A model generated the notes under the pieces. That model saw only the letters and a list, made by a program, of their open reading frames with translations. It was not told where the DNA came from and searched no databases. This document shows, piece by piece, positions 1 to 9,963 of a stretch of DNA of 64,000 bases. Made by a program: the position numbers and the translations under genes. Position 1 is the first letter of the stretch; every line of letters starts with the position of its first letter. Source of the stretch: an uncultured Gammaproteobacteria bacterium (GTDB lineage Bacteria > Patescibacteriota > Patescibacteriia > Buchananbacterales > UBA6539); the NCBI GenBank assembly GCA_964540635.1, contig CAZINP010000002.1, forward strand, positions 99,346 to 163,345, given 5' to 3'.

Positions 1-8
1 TTGGAATT

Positions 9-458
9 TTGGGTGCTCAAACCTTAAACCCGGACATGTCTTTACAGCCATCGATTAGACGTTTTCCTAAATTTTTGCCGATATTTTTGATATTTATTAA
101 AATTGCCAAATTTTTTCCAAATCTAAAATCTCTTAAAAATTATTTTGCCGTTGACTTTGATTATCAAAAACCTCAACCGGTCCAACAGGTTGCGGGCTCA
201 TATATGCTGGTCAGGAAAGAATTGATTGATGAGATTGGACTTTTTGACGAAAACTTTTTTATCTGGTTTGAGGAAGTAGATCTTTGCCGCCGAACATCTT
301 TGGCGGGCTGGGAGGTTTATTATGACCCGGAACCAAAATTAATTCACTATGGCGGCCAAAGCTTCAAACAGGAAATGACCATAAGGAAACAGAAACTTTT
401 TTTCCAAAGCGCTTGGTATTATTTTAGAAAACATGGATTTTTTAAACAAAAGAATTGA
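9..458 (+). CDS. Glycosyltransferase family 2, C-terminal fragment (N-terminus lies before window start)
   Basis: C-terminal GT2-like block FFIWFEEVDLCRR...HYGGQS resembles the C-terminus of the GT2 at 38462..39322; ORF open to window edge. Confidence 0.55.
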   Translation: MGAQTLNPDMSLQPSIRRFPKFLPIFLIFIKIAKFFPNLKSLKNYFAVDFDYQKPQPVQQVAGSYMLVRKELIDEIGLFDENFFIWFEEVDLCRRTSLAGWEVYYDPEPKLIHYGGQSFKQEMTIRKQKLFFQSAWYYFRKHGFFKQKN

Positions 459-488
459 ACCGATCGTTAAATAAAACAAAATTACTGC

Positions 489-1904
489 ATGAAATTCACA
501 AAAATCAATAAATTTATCCCAATCACAACCGCGTTGATTATCCTTTTGGAGATGAATTCTTTTATTGCTCATGTTTTTTTTCCAATAAAAATTCCCGCTT
601 GGCTAATTGTTGTTGGGCTGGTTTTTGTTTTAAGTTTATACAAAACCGAGTTTGGACTATATTTTATTTTGGCCGAACTTGCAATTGGCGGGAAAGGATA
701 TTTGCTTGATTTTTTCGGCGTTTCACTCCGAATGGGTTTATTTGCCGCTGTGATAATAGCCGGATTGATAAACATTGCTCGCCATAAAAATTGGCGCAAT
801 AATTTTTCCGAAAAAAAACTTTTACTTCTCCCGTTTTCTATTTTAGCGATTGCAATTGTCTTTGCGGGAGTAAACGGTCTAACTGGCAATAAATTTCAAA
901 ATGTTTATGCCGATGCCAATGCTTGGTTATTCTTTTTACTTCTACCCGTTTTTATCTTTTCCTCAAAATCCTCAAAATTTATTGAAAACTCACTAGCCAT
1001 AATTATTACCGCATCAACTTGGCTTTCCCTAAAAACTATATTTTTTCTTTTTTTATTTTCCGGTCAATATGCGATCATTGGCGATCCGATTTATTCCTGG
1101 ATTAGAAATAGCGGGGTAGGGGAAATTACCTATATTAACGGCAATAACTATCGTATATTTTTTTATTCTCAAATATACTGCCTGTTTTCCTCTTTTATAT
1201 TAAGTGCCATGATCCTCAAAAATAAAATTGAAAACAAAAAAGTGGAAATTATTTATTATTCAATTTTATTTTTTCAATTATTTGCCTTACTTATCAGCCA
1301 ATCACGCAGCTTTTGGCTGGCGGGATCTGGCACAATCTTTTTAATGATGTTTATCTTGTTATTTATAAATAAACAACTCATTTTTAAATCATTAAAAATA
1401 ATTTGTTTTATTGGGCTGGCAATTATTATTCAAATATTTTTGACGCAATTTATTACCGGCTCAATTTTTAACAACCGACTGAGCAATATGAACTCAGAAC
1501 CAGCTGGCATTAGCAGACTAAATCAACTTGCACCACTTACTCAAAATATTTTACAAAACCCGGTTTTTGGTTACGGCTTTGGGAAAACCCTGACCTATAC
1601 AAGTAAAGACCCTAGGATTTTAAAAATAAATCAAAGTGGCGAATATACCACTTACGCTTTTGAGTGGGGATATCTTGATATTTGGCTAAAAATGGGACTA
1701 GTGGGAATCTTGGGTTATCTTTTTGTATATTGGTTTATCGCCAAAAAACTGTTGAAGAAAAAAGAACAAATAAATTTCAATAACTTTGGATTACTTCTGG
1801 GTTTATTGTGTTTGGCAATGGTAAATGTTTTCACGCCCTATCTAAACCATCCGCTCGGCATAGGTTTTATCATCTTAAGCTTTAGCGCGATACAAAGAAA
1901 TTAA
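489..1904 (+). CDS. O-antigen ligase/polymerase (Wzy_C)-like polytopic membrane protein
   Basis: 471 aa, about 10 or more hydrophobic helices with a large loop; sits between GT2 and DedA genes. Confidence 0.5.
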   Translation: MKFTKINKFIPITTALIILLEMNSFIAHVFFPIKIPAWLIVVGLVFVLSLYKTEFGLYFILAELAIGGKGYLLDFFGVSLRMGLFAAVIIAGLINIARHKNWRNNFSEKKLLLLPFSILAIAIVFAGVNGLTGNKFQNVYADANAWLFFLLLPVFIFSSKSSKFIENSLAIIITASTWLSLKTIFFLFLFSGQYAIIGDPIYSWIRNSGVGEITYINGNNYRIFFYSQIYCLFSSFILSAMILKNKIENKKVEIIYYSILFFQLFALLISQSRSFWLAGSGTIFLMMFILLFINKQLIFKSLKIICFIGLAIIIQIFLTQFITGSIFNNRLSNMNSEPAGISRLNQLAPLTQNILQNPVFGYGFGKTLTYTSKDPRILKINQSGEYTTYAFEWGYLDIWLKMGLVGILGYLFVYWFIAKKLLKKKEQINFNNFGLLLGLLCLAMVNVFTPYLNHPLGIGFIILSFSAIQRN

Positions 1905-1908
1905 ATTT

Positions 1909-2526
1909 GTGATTCAAAAAAACGAAATAAAAAAAATAATATTTTCTGCCGGCGTAATTGCTTTACTATTTGTTATCTCGGCTTGGCTTTTCCAAATTTA
2001 TCAAACACAGATAGAAACAATCGTGGCCAGCAGGTCTGTTTTGGGAATATTTATTTATATCCTAATTTTTATTCTTTCTATTGTTTTTGTTCCAATCAGC
2101 TCGGTTCCCTTGATACCCTTTGGCGTAAAGATTTGGGGCATTTTATTGACAACAATCCTTTCTACAATCGGCTGGACGATAGGAGCAATGATTGCTTTTT
2201 ATTTAGCTAGAACTTTTGGTAGCCCCTATGTCACAAAACTTTTTGGTACAAAAAAAATTGAAAAAATTGAAAAATTAATTCCCGAAGAAAACATATTTTT
2301 AACTATCTTTTTCCTTAGGGCCGTTACTCCTTTTGACGGCTTAAGTTATATTCTGGGTTTAATGACTCGGATAAAAACCAAAACTTTTTTCTTTTCAACT
2401 TTATTGGGCCTTTTGCCATTCTGCTTCTTCGTAGCCGTCTTGGGCACTCTGCCGCCATTAATATTAAGCCTTGGTTTAATCTTAGCGGCGATTGTTTTTC
2501 TCATCGGTCTTTATCGCGTAAAATAA
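1909..2526 (+). CDS. DedA/TVP38/TMEM64 family membrane protein
   Basis: Motifs LARTFG...VTPFDGLSYILGL typical of the SNARE-associated/DedA family. Confidence 0.7.
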   Translation: MIQKNEIKKIIFSAGVIALLFVISAWLFQIYQTQIETIVASRSVLGIFIYILIFILSIVFVPISSVPLIPFGVKIWGILLTTILSTIGWTIGAMIAFYLARTFGSPYVTKLFGTKKIEKIEKLIPEENIFLTIFFLRAVTPFDGLSYILGLMTRIKTKTFFFSTLLGLLPFCFFVAVLGTLPPLILSLGLILAAIVFLIGLYRVK

Positions 2527-2618
2527 TAAAAATAAGGCTTGACAAAAGCCTCTTACCCTGATATTTTGCCATAATCAGCCCAGACAACATTAACCCAAAA
2601 CCCACGAAGGATTCTGCG

Positions 2619-3092
2619 ATGAAGTATGTATTAGCTGGTTCTGTTCTTTTTTGTTTTGCCGTTACGGCGGTCTTTATTTTAGCGCCAACCGCGGAAAAAT
2701 CACCGGTCGTGCTTGCACCAAGCGAGCCTAATGATGAAGCGGTAAACGCCGCCTCAATCAAGATTTCCGGCTTTGAAAATCAAGCCAATGGCATTATTGA
2801 AATTTGGGGAGACGTTAAAAACGTAAACCCCGAAAAAGTAAAAATTGTGATTCTTGAGCGTTGCTCAAAAAATGACGCAATAAAAGAATCCATCATCTGC
2901 CAACCGAACAGTAACGGCAAATGGCAGGCTTTCGGCTTTATGATAAACACCGAGGAGCTGATATGCCTGATTATGCCATATTCGTATGAGAAAAAAATAA
3001 GGAGTCAAAGCCTTGACTCTTACCTGCAGACCTCTCTTGCCAATGTTGTCTACAACAAACGCAAGAAAAATTGCTATTTTGCCACGCCCTGA
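2619..3092 (+). CDS. Secreted hypothetical protein (signal peptide)
   Basis: N-terminal hydrophobic signal MKYVLAGSVLFCFAVTAVFILA; own promoter TTGACA-17-TATTTT at 2539..2567 and terminator at 3083..3108. Confidence 0.5.
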   Translation: MKYVLAGSVLFCFAVTAVFILAPTAEKSPVVLAPSEPNDEAVNAASIKISGFENQANGIIEIWGDVKNVNPEKVKIVILERCSKNDAIKESIICQPNSNGKWQAFGFMINTEELICLIMPYSYEKKIRSQSLDSYLQTSLANVVYNKRKKNCYFATP

Positions 3093-3114
3093 CCTACTGG
3101 GCGTTTTTTTATTG

Positions 3115-3702
3115 TCATCTCTTTAAAAAACTTTTATTCAATATTTTCGCATCCTTCTCTAAAATTTTAGAGTATTTACTTTTTCGCCTTTGCCTTGTTG
3201 CCTCAAAAATCATAATTGCGGCCGTAACCGATAAGTTTAAACTCTGAACAAAGCCTCGCATTGGAATATATATTTTATAATCACTCATTGAAACCGCCCT
3301 GGCAGTTAAACCGGCGTGTTCGTTGCCAAAAAGCAAAGCAATTTTTTTATCGTTGGCAAAACCGGCCCTTGAAATATCTTTTGCTTTTTCATCTAAAACT
3401 GTCGCATATATTTTATAACCTTTTCTTTTTATTGCCCTCAGGCATTCGGTGCTTGATCGATAAATTTTAAAATCCAACCACTTATTGGCTGAAGCAGAAG
3501 CAACCTTGCCAATTTTTCTGGGATTAAAATATTTTTGATTTTCAAAAATAAAATAGACTTCTTGGATACCAAAAGCATCGCAGGTTCTTAAAACTGCCGC
3601 CGCATTATGCGGATCATAAATATCTTCAAGGACCAAGATAATTCCCGATTGCCGCTTAGAGGCAACTTCGTTTATTTTTTTAAGACGGGCGGGTGAAGTC
3701 AT
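3115..3702 (-). CDS. SpoU/TrmH family RNA 2'-O-methyltransferase
   Basis: DPHNAAAVLRTCDAFG and LLFGNEHAGLT SPOUT motifs. Confidence 0.75.
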   Translation of the reverse strand: MTSPARLKKINEVASKRQSGIILVLEDIYDPHNAAAVLRTCDAFGIQEVYFIFENQKYFNPRKIGKVASASANKWLDFKIYRSSTECLRAIKRKGYKIYATVLDEKAKDISRAGFANDKKIALLFGNEHAGLTARAVSMSDYKIYIPMRGFVQSLNLSVTAAIMIFEATRQRRKSKYSKILEKDAKILNKSFLKR

Positions 3703-3709
3703 TAATTTT

Positions 3710-5203
3710 TTATTTTGAATTATTACAAATTAAATCAGCGGCAATAATCCCTGATTGGTATATCGTTGGCAAACCCGAACCGGGATGAGTGCCACCACCA
3801 ACCAAATATACATTATCGATCTCTTCAAATTTATTTTTGGGCCTAAACCAAAGCATTTGCCTTAAATTATGTCCCAAATTAAATACTGCCCCTTTGTAAA
3901 CATTAAAATCCCTCTCCCATTCGTCTGGGGTAATAAGCCTTTCGCTCTCAATGTTTTCAGATAGATCAGATATGTCAAATCTTTCTTGGATAATTTCAAT
4001 CGCCCTATTCCTAATTTTTATTTTTTCTTTATCCCAGTCGATTTTTGAACGATTATTTGGCACTGGCACCAAAACATAAAGCGCCGATTTGCCTGAAGGC
4101 GCAAGAGCAGGGTCATTTCTCGTCGCATCTCGCACATACAAAGAAAAATCACTTTCGGTCAATTTGCCGGAAAAAATATCTTTAACATTTTGCCGATAAT
4201 TTTTTGCAAAAATAATTGAATGGTGAGTCAGGTTATACTGTTTTTTTACACCCAGATAAATCATAAAAATTGAACAAGAATATTTTTTCTTTTTTAGATT
4301 TTTCTCTGACCATTTTTTAATTAAAGTCTTTGGAAACAAATTTGTAACAGCGTAAGAAAAATCCGCATTAATAACCACTTCATCTCCCAAAACTGTTTTT
4401 CCATCAGTTAGTTCAAGGCCAACCGCCTTCCTGTCTTTAGTTAAAATTTTTTTTACCTGGGTGTCATAATGTATTTTTCCGGAATCTTCCTGAAAGGCCT
4501 TGGCCATCGCCTCACAAATGGCTGAAAGACCGCCTTTTATATGATAAATACCCATCGCATGCTCAACATACGGCACCATTGCAAAAGCCGCCGGACACTC
4601 CCACGGCGACATGCCTAAATATTTAGATTGAAAAGTAAAAGATAGTCTTGCAAAATCCTTCTTAAAATACCCTCCCATTGCCTGATATAAAGTTTTCCCC
4701 AATGACATTCGCCAGAGTAATCTCAAACCATTATGGCTAAAAATGTCAAAAAAATTATCATTCGGTGAAGCAAGGAAGGGGAATAGGGCCTCAAAACGTT
4801 TTTTTTCTTTACGATAAAATTTTTCTAAACCTTTTTCGTCACCAGTAAAAACTCGCGCCAATTCATTTTTCATTTTTTCTTTATCAAAATAACTGTCTAT
4901 ATAATTATTTTCAAAATATAATCTATACATCGGATCTAAAAACTTCATTTCCACGCAATCATTTAGATTCCTTCCGGTTTCAGAAAAAATTTGTCTCAAG
5001 ACAAAGTCCATCATAAAAAAGGTCGGACCGATATCAAACTTGAATCCGTCAAACTCTAAAAAACCATTACGACCACCTGGAATTTTATTTTTTTCAAAAA
5101 TTTCCACTTCAAGACCACGGTGAGCAAGCAACATGCCAGCCGCTAACCCCCCAGGACCAGCGCCAACTATTAAAATTTTTTTTCTAGGAGGACAATTTTT
5201 CAT
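3710..5203 (-). CDS. FAD-dependent oxidoreductase, phytoene desaturase (CrtI)-like family
   Basis: N-terminal Rossmann motif ILIVGAGPGGLAAG...EKN..PGGR; about 500 aa, CrtI/amine-oxidase-like. Confidence 0.65.
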   Translation of the reverse strand: MKNCPPRKKILIVGAGPGGLAAGMLLAHRGLEVEIFEKNKIPGGRNGFLEFDGFKFDIGPTFFMMDFVLRQIFSETGRNLNDCVEMKFLDPMYRLYFENNYIDSYFDKEKMKNELARVFTGDEKGLEKFYRKEKKRFEALFPFLASPNDNFFDIFSHNGLRLLWRMSLGKTLYQAMGGYFKKDFARLSFTFQSKYLGMSPWECPAAFAMVPYVEHAMGIYHIKGGLSAICEAMAKAFQEDSGKIHYDTQVKKILTKDRKAVGLELTDGKTVLGDEVVINADFSYAVTNLFPKTLIKKWSEKNLKKKKYSCSIFMIYLGVKKQYNLTHHSIIFAKNYRQNVKDIFSGKLTESDFSLYVRDATRNDPALAPSGKSALYVLVPVPNNRSKIDWDKEKIKIRNRAIEIIQERFDISDLSENIESERLITPDEWERDFNVYKGAVFNLGHNLRQMLWFRPKNKFEEIDNVYLVGGGTHPGSGLPTIYQSGIIAADLICNNSK

Positions 5204-5528
5204 ATCTCGAAGAAATTAAATCGATTATTGGTCCATATATTATTCCGGCCACAAAACCAGGAACGTCTTTGAAATCAGTTGATGCCGCTAGAGAGAAACT
5301 AACCAAAAGCCCAAAGATTAACCCTCTCAAAATTGTATTTCCTTTAAATTTAATAAAATAAATATTGCCCGCCAAGCCAATTATTAATCCAAGGATTACG
5401 CGATTGAGCCAAACCCCAAGCAAAAAAAGTTTATTACCTTCAATTCCCAATCTAAACCCAACGCCAAGGATACAAATTAATCCCAGGCCAACCCCTAGTA
5501 ATAGGGAAATTTTTAGTCTTGTGTTCAT
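5184..5528 (-). CDS. Small hydrophobic membrane protein, hypothetical
   Basis: 114 aa, 3-4 predicted TM helices; overlaps the end of the upstream gene. Confidence 0.4.
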   Translation of the reverse strand: MNTRLKISLLLGVGLGLICILGVGFRLGIEGNKLFLLGVWLNRVILGLIIGLAGNIYFIKFKGNTILRGLIFGLLVSFSLAASTDFKDVPGFVAGIIYGPIIDLISSRYEKLSS

Positions 5529-5533
5529 AAATT

Positions 5534-6478
5534 TTATTTTAAAATTTTTCCGACAATTTTATTGCCTAAAATAAAATCTTTAGACAAAAGAGTTTTCTTG
5601 CCCTCAAGCTGCAGAGAATTCAGTAATATAATGCCGTTACCACAAGCTACGGCTAATTCGTGATTTTCCGTCAAAAAAACAGTTCCCGGGGCTAAATCTG
5701 GTGTTAAATCAGCCTCTAAAACGCTTAAATCTGCGATTTTAAGCCGCTTATTCTCAAGATGGGTAAAAACACCCGGCCATGGCGAAAAAGCCCTAAATTT
5801 TCGTTCAATTACATTAGCCCCATCTTTCCAATTAATCAAACCGTCTTCGCGGTTAATATTTTTCGTAAATGTTGCCTTTGTTTCATCCTGGACCTTGCCG
5901 ATTGATTTTCCGGCGACATAATCAGGCAAAATAGAAATGAGCAATTCTGCACCTTGCTTGGCTAGTTTGTCGTGTACGATCTCGGAATTATCATTTGAGC
6001 TTAAAACAATGGTGCTCTGACCAAAGATTGGTCCGGCATCCAATTTACTTGTCAATTTAATTATTGATACGCCCGTTTCTTTATCACCATTTAAAATAGC
6101 ATTTTGGATTGGGGAGGAACCGCGGTATTTTGGTAAAAGCGAAGGGTGTATATTTAAAATACCAAATTTTGGTTTTTCCAAAACCTCTTTTGATAAAATC
6201 TGCCCAAAAGCCGCCAAGACACCTACATCGCATTCAACATCATTAACAATGGCATTTAATTCTTTTTTGTTTTTCGGCTGAGCCAGCGCTAAATTGTTTT
6301 CAAGTGCAATTTTCTTTATCGGCGACTGAGACATTTTCTGGTTCCTGCCGGCCGGTTTATCCGGTTGAGTTATCACTAGTAGGGGACGATAGCCCGAATC
6401 AATCAATTTCAACAAAGCCGGAACAGAAAATTCCGGCGTACCAAAAAATATAATTTTTATGTCTTTTTCTTTCTTCAT
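5534..6478 (-). CDS. fmt: Methionyl-tRNA formyltransferase
   Basis: IIFFGTPEFSVP, ITQPDKPAGR, NIHPSLLPKYRG motifs; adjacent to def. Confidence 0.85.
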   Translation of the reverse strand: MKKEKDIKIIFFGTPEFSVPALLKLIDSGYRPLLVITQPDKPAGRNQKMSQSPIKKIALENNLALAQPKNKKELNAIVNDVECDVGVLAAFGQILSKEVLEKPKFGILNIHPSLLPKYRGSSPIQNAILNGDKETGVSIIKLTSKLDAGPIFGQSTIVLSSNDNSEIVHDKLAKQGAELLISILPDYVAGKSIGKVQDETKATFTKNINREDGLINWKDGANVIERKFRAFSPWPGVFTHLENKRLKIADLSVLEADLTPDLAPGTVFLTENHELAVACGNGIILLNSLQLEGKKTLLSKDFILGNKIVGKILK

Positions 6479-6976
6479 TTTTTTTTCATTCCTTCTTCAA
6501 GAATATCTTTTCCCTCGGTAATTTTTTTGGCTTTATCTATAAATAATATGCCATCAAGATGATCAATTTCGTGCTGTAAAACACGAGCCAACATTCCTTG
6601 GGCGGAAAACTCAACTTTTTTACCGTCTTTATTTAGAGCAACCAACCTAACCTGATAATATCTTTTAACTAAGCCGAAAACCTTTGGTAAACTAAGACAC
6701 CCTTCTTCCATAATCTCTTTACGCCATGATTTTTTGAGTATTTTCGGATTAACCAAAACCATTGATCCATCCTGAGTATTGATAACAATTAAGCGCAAAT
6801 TATGTCCGACCTGGGGAGCAGCCAAACCGGCACCATCCTTCTCAATCATGGTTTTATTCATATCTAAAATTAGCTGCTGAATTTCTTTTTTCTGCAGCTC
6901 CTCAGCCCTTAATTCGCGCGACTTATTTCGCAAAATCGGGCAGGTAAAAACTTTTATATCTAATAATTTTGCCATG
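6475..6976 (-). CDS. def: Peptide deformylase. The true start is probably the ATG at 6976 (MAKLLDIK); the MCYNIF extension in the ORF track is a translated promoter
   Basis: EGCLS and HEIDHLDG motifs; a TGTTATAAT -10 lies 7 nt upstream of the ATG. Confidence 0.85.
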
Positions 6977-6981
6977 AAAAT

Positions 6982-7010
6982 ATTATAACACAATTAGATA
7001 AATTTTTCAA
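6982..7010 (-). promoter_or_regulatory. Sigma70-type promoter of def: TTGAAA-17-TG-TTATAAT, ATG 7 nt after the -10 (leaderless)
   Basis: Minus strand reads ttgaaa aatttatctaattgtgt tataat attttc ATG. Confidence 0.6.
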
Positions 7011-7131
7011 TTTCAAGTATCTTTTTCTCTAATTTTCTATATGCATTCCAATCTTGATCCCAATAGGCCTGGAGCTGCTCCTTTAAATAAGATTTTAGCT
7101 GATCAATTGACTGGTCGTAATTTTTTTCCAT
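6994..7131 (-). CDS. 45-aa hypothetical small ORF (MEKNYDQSIDQLKSYLKEQLQAYWDQDW...) overlapping the def promoter
   Basis: Open frame in an otherwise empty AT-rich spacer; no homology recognised. Confidence 0.2.
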   Translation of the reverse strand: MEKNYDQSIDQLKSYLKEQLQAYWDQDWNAYRKLEKKILEIEKFI

Positions 7132-7359
7132 ATTGTATTTTTATTTATTTTAGTTTTTAATAATTTATTTTTTGAAAAAAGAAAAAGCCGCAAAAATTTA
7201 TTTTTTGGAGCTTAGTGAAAAATACATTTTACCCGCTTTAAGAAATAGTGTCAAGGGTTTTTAGTGGATAACTTAAAAGATTTAATTTTAAAATATTAAT
7301 AATCAAAACATATTAAATCTGATTTTGATTTTATCAATAAAATAGGTTAAAATTAGATT

Positions 7360-7644
7360 ATGGAAAATATAAATAAAGGTTTTCAAAACTTTCAAGACAT
7401 TTTTTCGGCAAAAAAAACCGTAAAACCGCCGGCATACGCCTGGCAACAATTTGCTCTAGAAATAATTGATCAACTTAATGTGCCAAAAGAAAAAAGAAAT
7501 TCCGTTTTTTTGATTTGTAAAAAATACCAAAGACCCTACATTGAAAAATGCATTAATGAAACAAAAGAACTGTGTAAGGCGGGGGAGTGTTGGAAATATT
7601 TTTTTAAAGTGATTGAGTCGGAAAAGAAAAAAGTGACTAAATAA
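7360..7644 (+). CDS. Hypothetical 94-aa protein with four Cys (C-x10-C-x7-C-x4-C)
   Basis: Standalone ORF, ends at the bidirectional terminator 7656..7685. Confidence 0.4.
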   Translation: MENINKGFQNFQDIFSAKKTVKPPAYAWQQFALEIIDQLNVPKEKRNSVFLICKKYQRPYIEKCINETKELCKAGECWKYFFKVIESEKKKVTK

Positions 7645-7655
7645 TTTCAAATAAT

Positions 7656-7685
7656 AAAAACACCCGAAGCTTCGGGTGTTTTTAT
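7656..7685. terminator. Bidirectional intrinsic terminator between convergent genes
   Basis: aaaaa CACCCGAAG/CTTCGGGTG ttttt, perfect 9-bp stem flanked by A-run and T-run. Confidence 0.7.
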
Positions 7686-7696
7686 TATTAAAAAAT

Positions 7697-8554
7697 TTAA
7701 CTTATTTTGAAATTACAGACCAAGTAACCGATTCCGAAAGGCCCTTCGTATGAAAGTATTTCCGGCTCAAAATCCAATGATTCAATCATGCCAAGCAAAA
7801 TCATTAAAGACCTCATACCACATTCGCCGGCGGCTTGGACTAATTTTTGATCTAAATTCATCAAACCATTAAAATCTTTGGCTTTGATTAAATCCTGAAC
7901 CTTCTTATCAAACTTCTTACCTTCAGGCGCATAACCGGCAGGTGAAGACTCAATCAAACGATGGGACAAATCTCCCGATGCGATTACGGCGAAACGTTTA
8001 TTTATTCTAGACAGTGTACGATGCAAAAATTGGCCAAAAACGAAATGACTTTGGTAATCAAGACCAGAATAGGTGATTGGAATGATCGGTAGATTTTTAA
8101 GATGAGGGGTTAAATAATACAGGGGAACGGCAAATCCATGATCGATTTCTTCTTGACTTGAAAGCACAAAAGGTACCGATTTACTCGCCTCATCGGAAGC
8201 TCTGATTTGCTGAATGGTCATAAAGTCGCTTTTAAATTTTTGCTCCAGACTGTACTCACCAAAATCCTTAAAATTTATCAAATAATCGCTATTCAAATTA
8301 ATGTTAAACGAATCATGAATTATATTTCCGTGAGGAGAAATTAAAATCAAGCTATCCGGCTTAGCTGCGTAAAGCTCTTGCTCAAGCTTTTCGTAAGCTT
8401 GCTTTGTTTTTTTAAGTTTATCCAAGTTTTCTTTTCCAATCTCCGGGATTAAGACCGGAGGGTGTGGAACAAATGAAGAAAAAACAATCGGCATATATTT
8501 ATTTAATACTTTCACCCAAAGGGATTGATTGAATTGTCGCCTCATCCACGACAA
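7697..8554 (-). CDS. Class III extradiol dioxygenase (LigB/YgiD)-MEMO1 superfamily protein
   Basis: LILISPHGNIIHD and AVIASGDLSHRL resemble the His-containing motifs of the LigB/DODA family; start may be at internal MPIVF. Confidence 0.5.
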   Translation of the reverse strand: MSWMRRQFNQSLWVKVLNKYMPIVFSSFVPHPPVLIPEIGKENLDKLKKTKQAYEKLEQELYAAKPDSLILISPHGNIIHDSFNINLNSDYLINFKDFGEYSLEQKFKSDFMTIQQIRASDEASKSVPFVLSSQEEIDHGFAVPLYYLTPHLKNLPIIPITYSGLDYQSHFVFGQFLHRTLSRINKRFAVIASGDLSHRLIESSPAGYAPEGKKFDKKVQDLIKAKDFNGLMNLDQKLVQAAGECGMRSLMILLGMIESLDFEPEILSYEGPFGIGYLVCNFKIS

Positions 8555-9839
8555 TTATATTATCCCACAAATAACCAAGTTTGACAAATGATTGCGCGGA
8601 TAAAAAAGCACGACGATAGCCATTCGAAACTACATAAACAGCACTGCCGCTTTTTGATTTAATCAATTCGCCGTCTCGCAATTTAATTGGATCACCAGTC
8701 TCAAAAATATTTAAATCACCTGAAGCCACCCTAATGATTGATTTTCCCTTAAAATTAATCTCCAAAACGTCTTTGCTTGCCACTAAATGCTTGACCCCAT
8801 TCTGAACATAATAAATTTTATTGTCATCTCTGTTTTGTAAAATTGCGCCGGTAGGATAAACACTATTTTCCGTCAAGGGTTGGCCGTATTTATAACCAAC
8901 CAAATCTGAGGGATTAACATCCTGAACCTCCTCCCAATTAAAGCCAATCAGCCGAAAGGCTTCGGGGGTGGCAATATGCCTGAGCTCATCATCAACCAAA
9001 AGATATATTTCGCCGCTCGGAATGTGCAAAAGCGAGTAGTTGAAGAATTTTATCATTGGTCCAAGGGTATACTTTTCTAAATCGGTTTTTGAAATCGGGA
9101 TAATTTTTTTTGGATCAAACCGAGAGAGTAAAACGCCCCATGAATATATCGGGCGACGCTGACCATATTGAATTAACCAAACAGAACTTTCGTTGCGCAA
9201 TTTAACCAATGAGCCGTCTGGATAATTTAAACCCCAATATTTTTGCCAAAGATTTGAAAAACTTAAATTACCAAAATAGTGGGGGGTATAATTATATAAA
9301 TTGGCCGTAGCCTGATTCTCAATCGTAATGGCATAAAGGCTATCCAATAAATAAGACTGCCCGACTTTATAAGACCAGCTGCTGGGGGTTTTATAATACT
9401 GATCAAATTGCCAAGCCGCACCGTCTACCTGCTTGCCAAAACCAAGCGACTTCGGATTACATAAAGCGTTATCAAAGCAGCGATAGCCCATAGCTCTATC
9501 CAATTGGGTTTGAGTTGCAAAAATATTTTCTATTAAACTCTGCTCTTTTTGCAATGTGGTTAATATTACCTTGGGGCTGATTTTACTTTCCTGACATGCT
9601 TGCCAGATTATCTCGGAAGCCCTTTTATTTACGCCCAAGTAGTCCGGAAATGACATTTGCGCCAAAGGACTTTTATAATCCTGCAAAAAATCTTGAATTT
9701 CATCCAACGACAAAGAATCGTAATCTCTAAAATCTTCATCGCTAATTATAAAATTCGGATTAAAGTAATTGTCCTGCGCCAAAACGACAAGGGGAAAAAC
9801 CAATCCAATTAAAACCAAGGGTAAAAAAATTTTTTTCAT
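8499..9839 (-). CDS. Secreted hypothetical protein (signal peptide), 446 aa
   Basis: N-terminal MKKIFLPLVLIGLVFPLVVLAQ signal; no recognised catalytic motif. Confidence 0.5.
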   Translation of the reverse strand: MKKIFLPLVLIGLVFPLVVLAQDNYFNPNFIISDEDFRDYDSLSLDEIQDFLQDYKSPLAQMSFPDYLGVNKRASEIIWQACQESKISPKVILTTLQKEQSLIENIFATQTQLDRAMGYRCFDNALCNPKSLGFGKQVDGAAWQFDQYYKTPSSWSYKVGQSYLLDSLYAITIENQATANLYNYTPHYFGNLSFSNLWQKYWGLNYPDGSLVKLRNESSVWLIQYGQRRPIYSWGVLLSRFDPKKIIPISKTDLEKYTLGPMIKFFNYSLLHIPSGEIYLLVDDELRHIATPEAFRLIGFNWEEVQDVNPSDLVGYKYGQPLTENSVYPTGAILQNRDDNKIYYVQNGVKHLVASKDVLEINFKGKSIIRVASGDLNIFETGDPIKLRDGELIKSKSGSAVYVVSNGYRRAFLSAQSFVKLGYLWDNIIVVDEATIQSIPLGESIK

Positions 9840-9963
9840 GTATTAGCAAGGGTTAGATTTGTAAACCAATGGATAAATTATAGCATATTTTTACCTTCAA
9901 TTGAAATTGTTTTTATTATCTCTATCCCTAGCACATTTTTATATAATTTGGTAAAATTATTAA

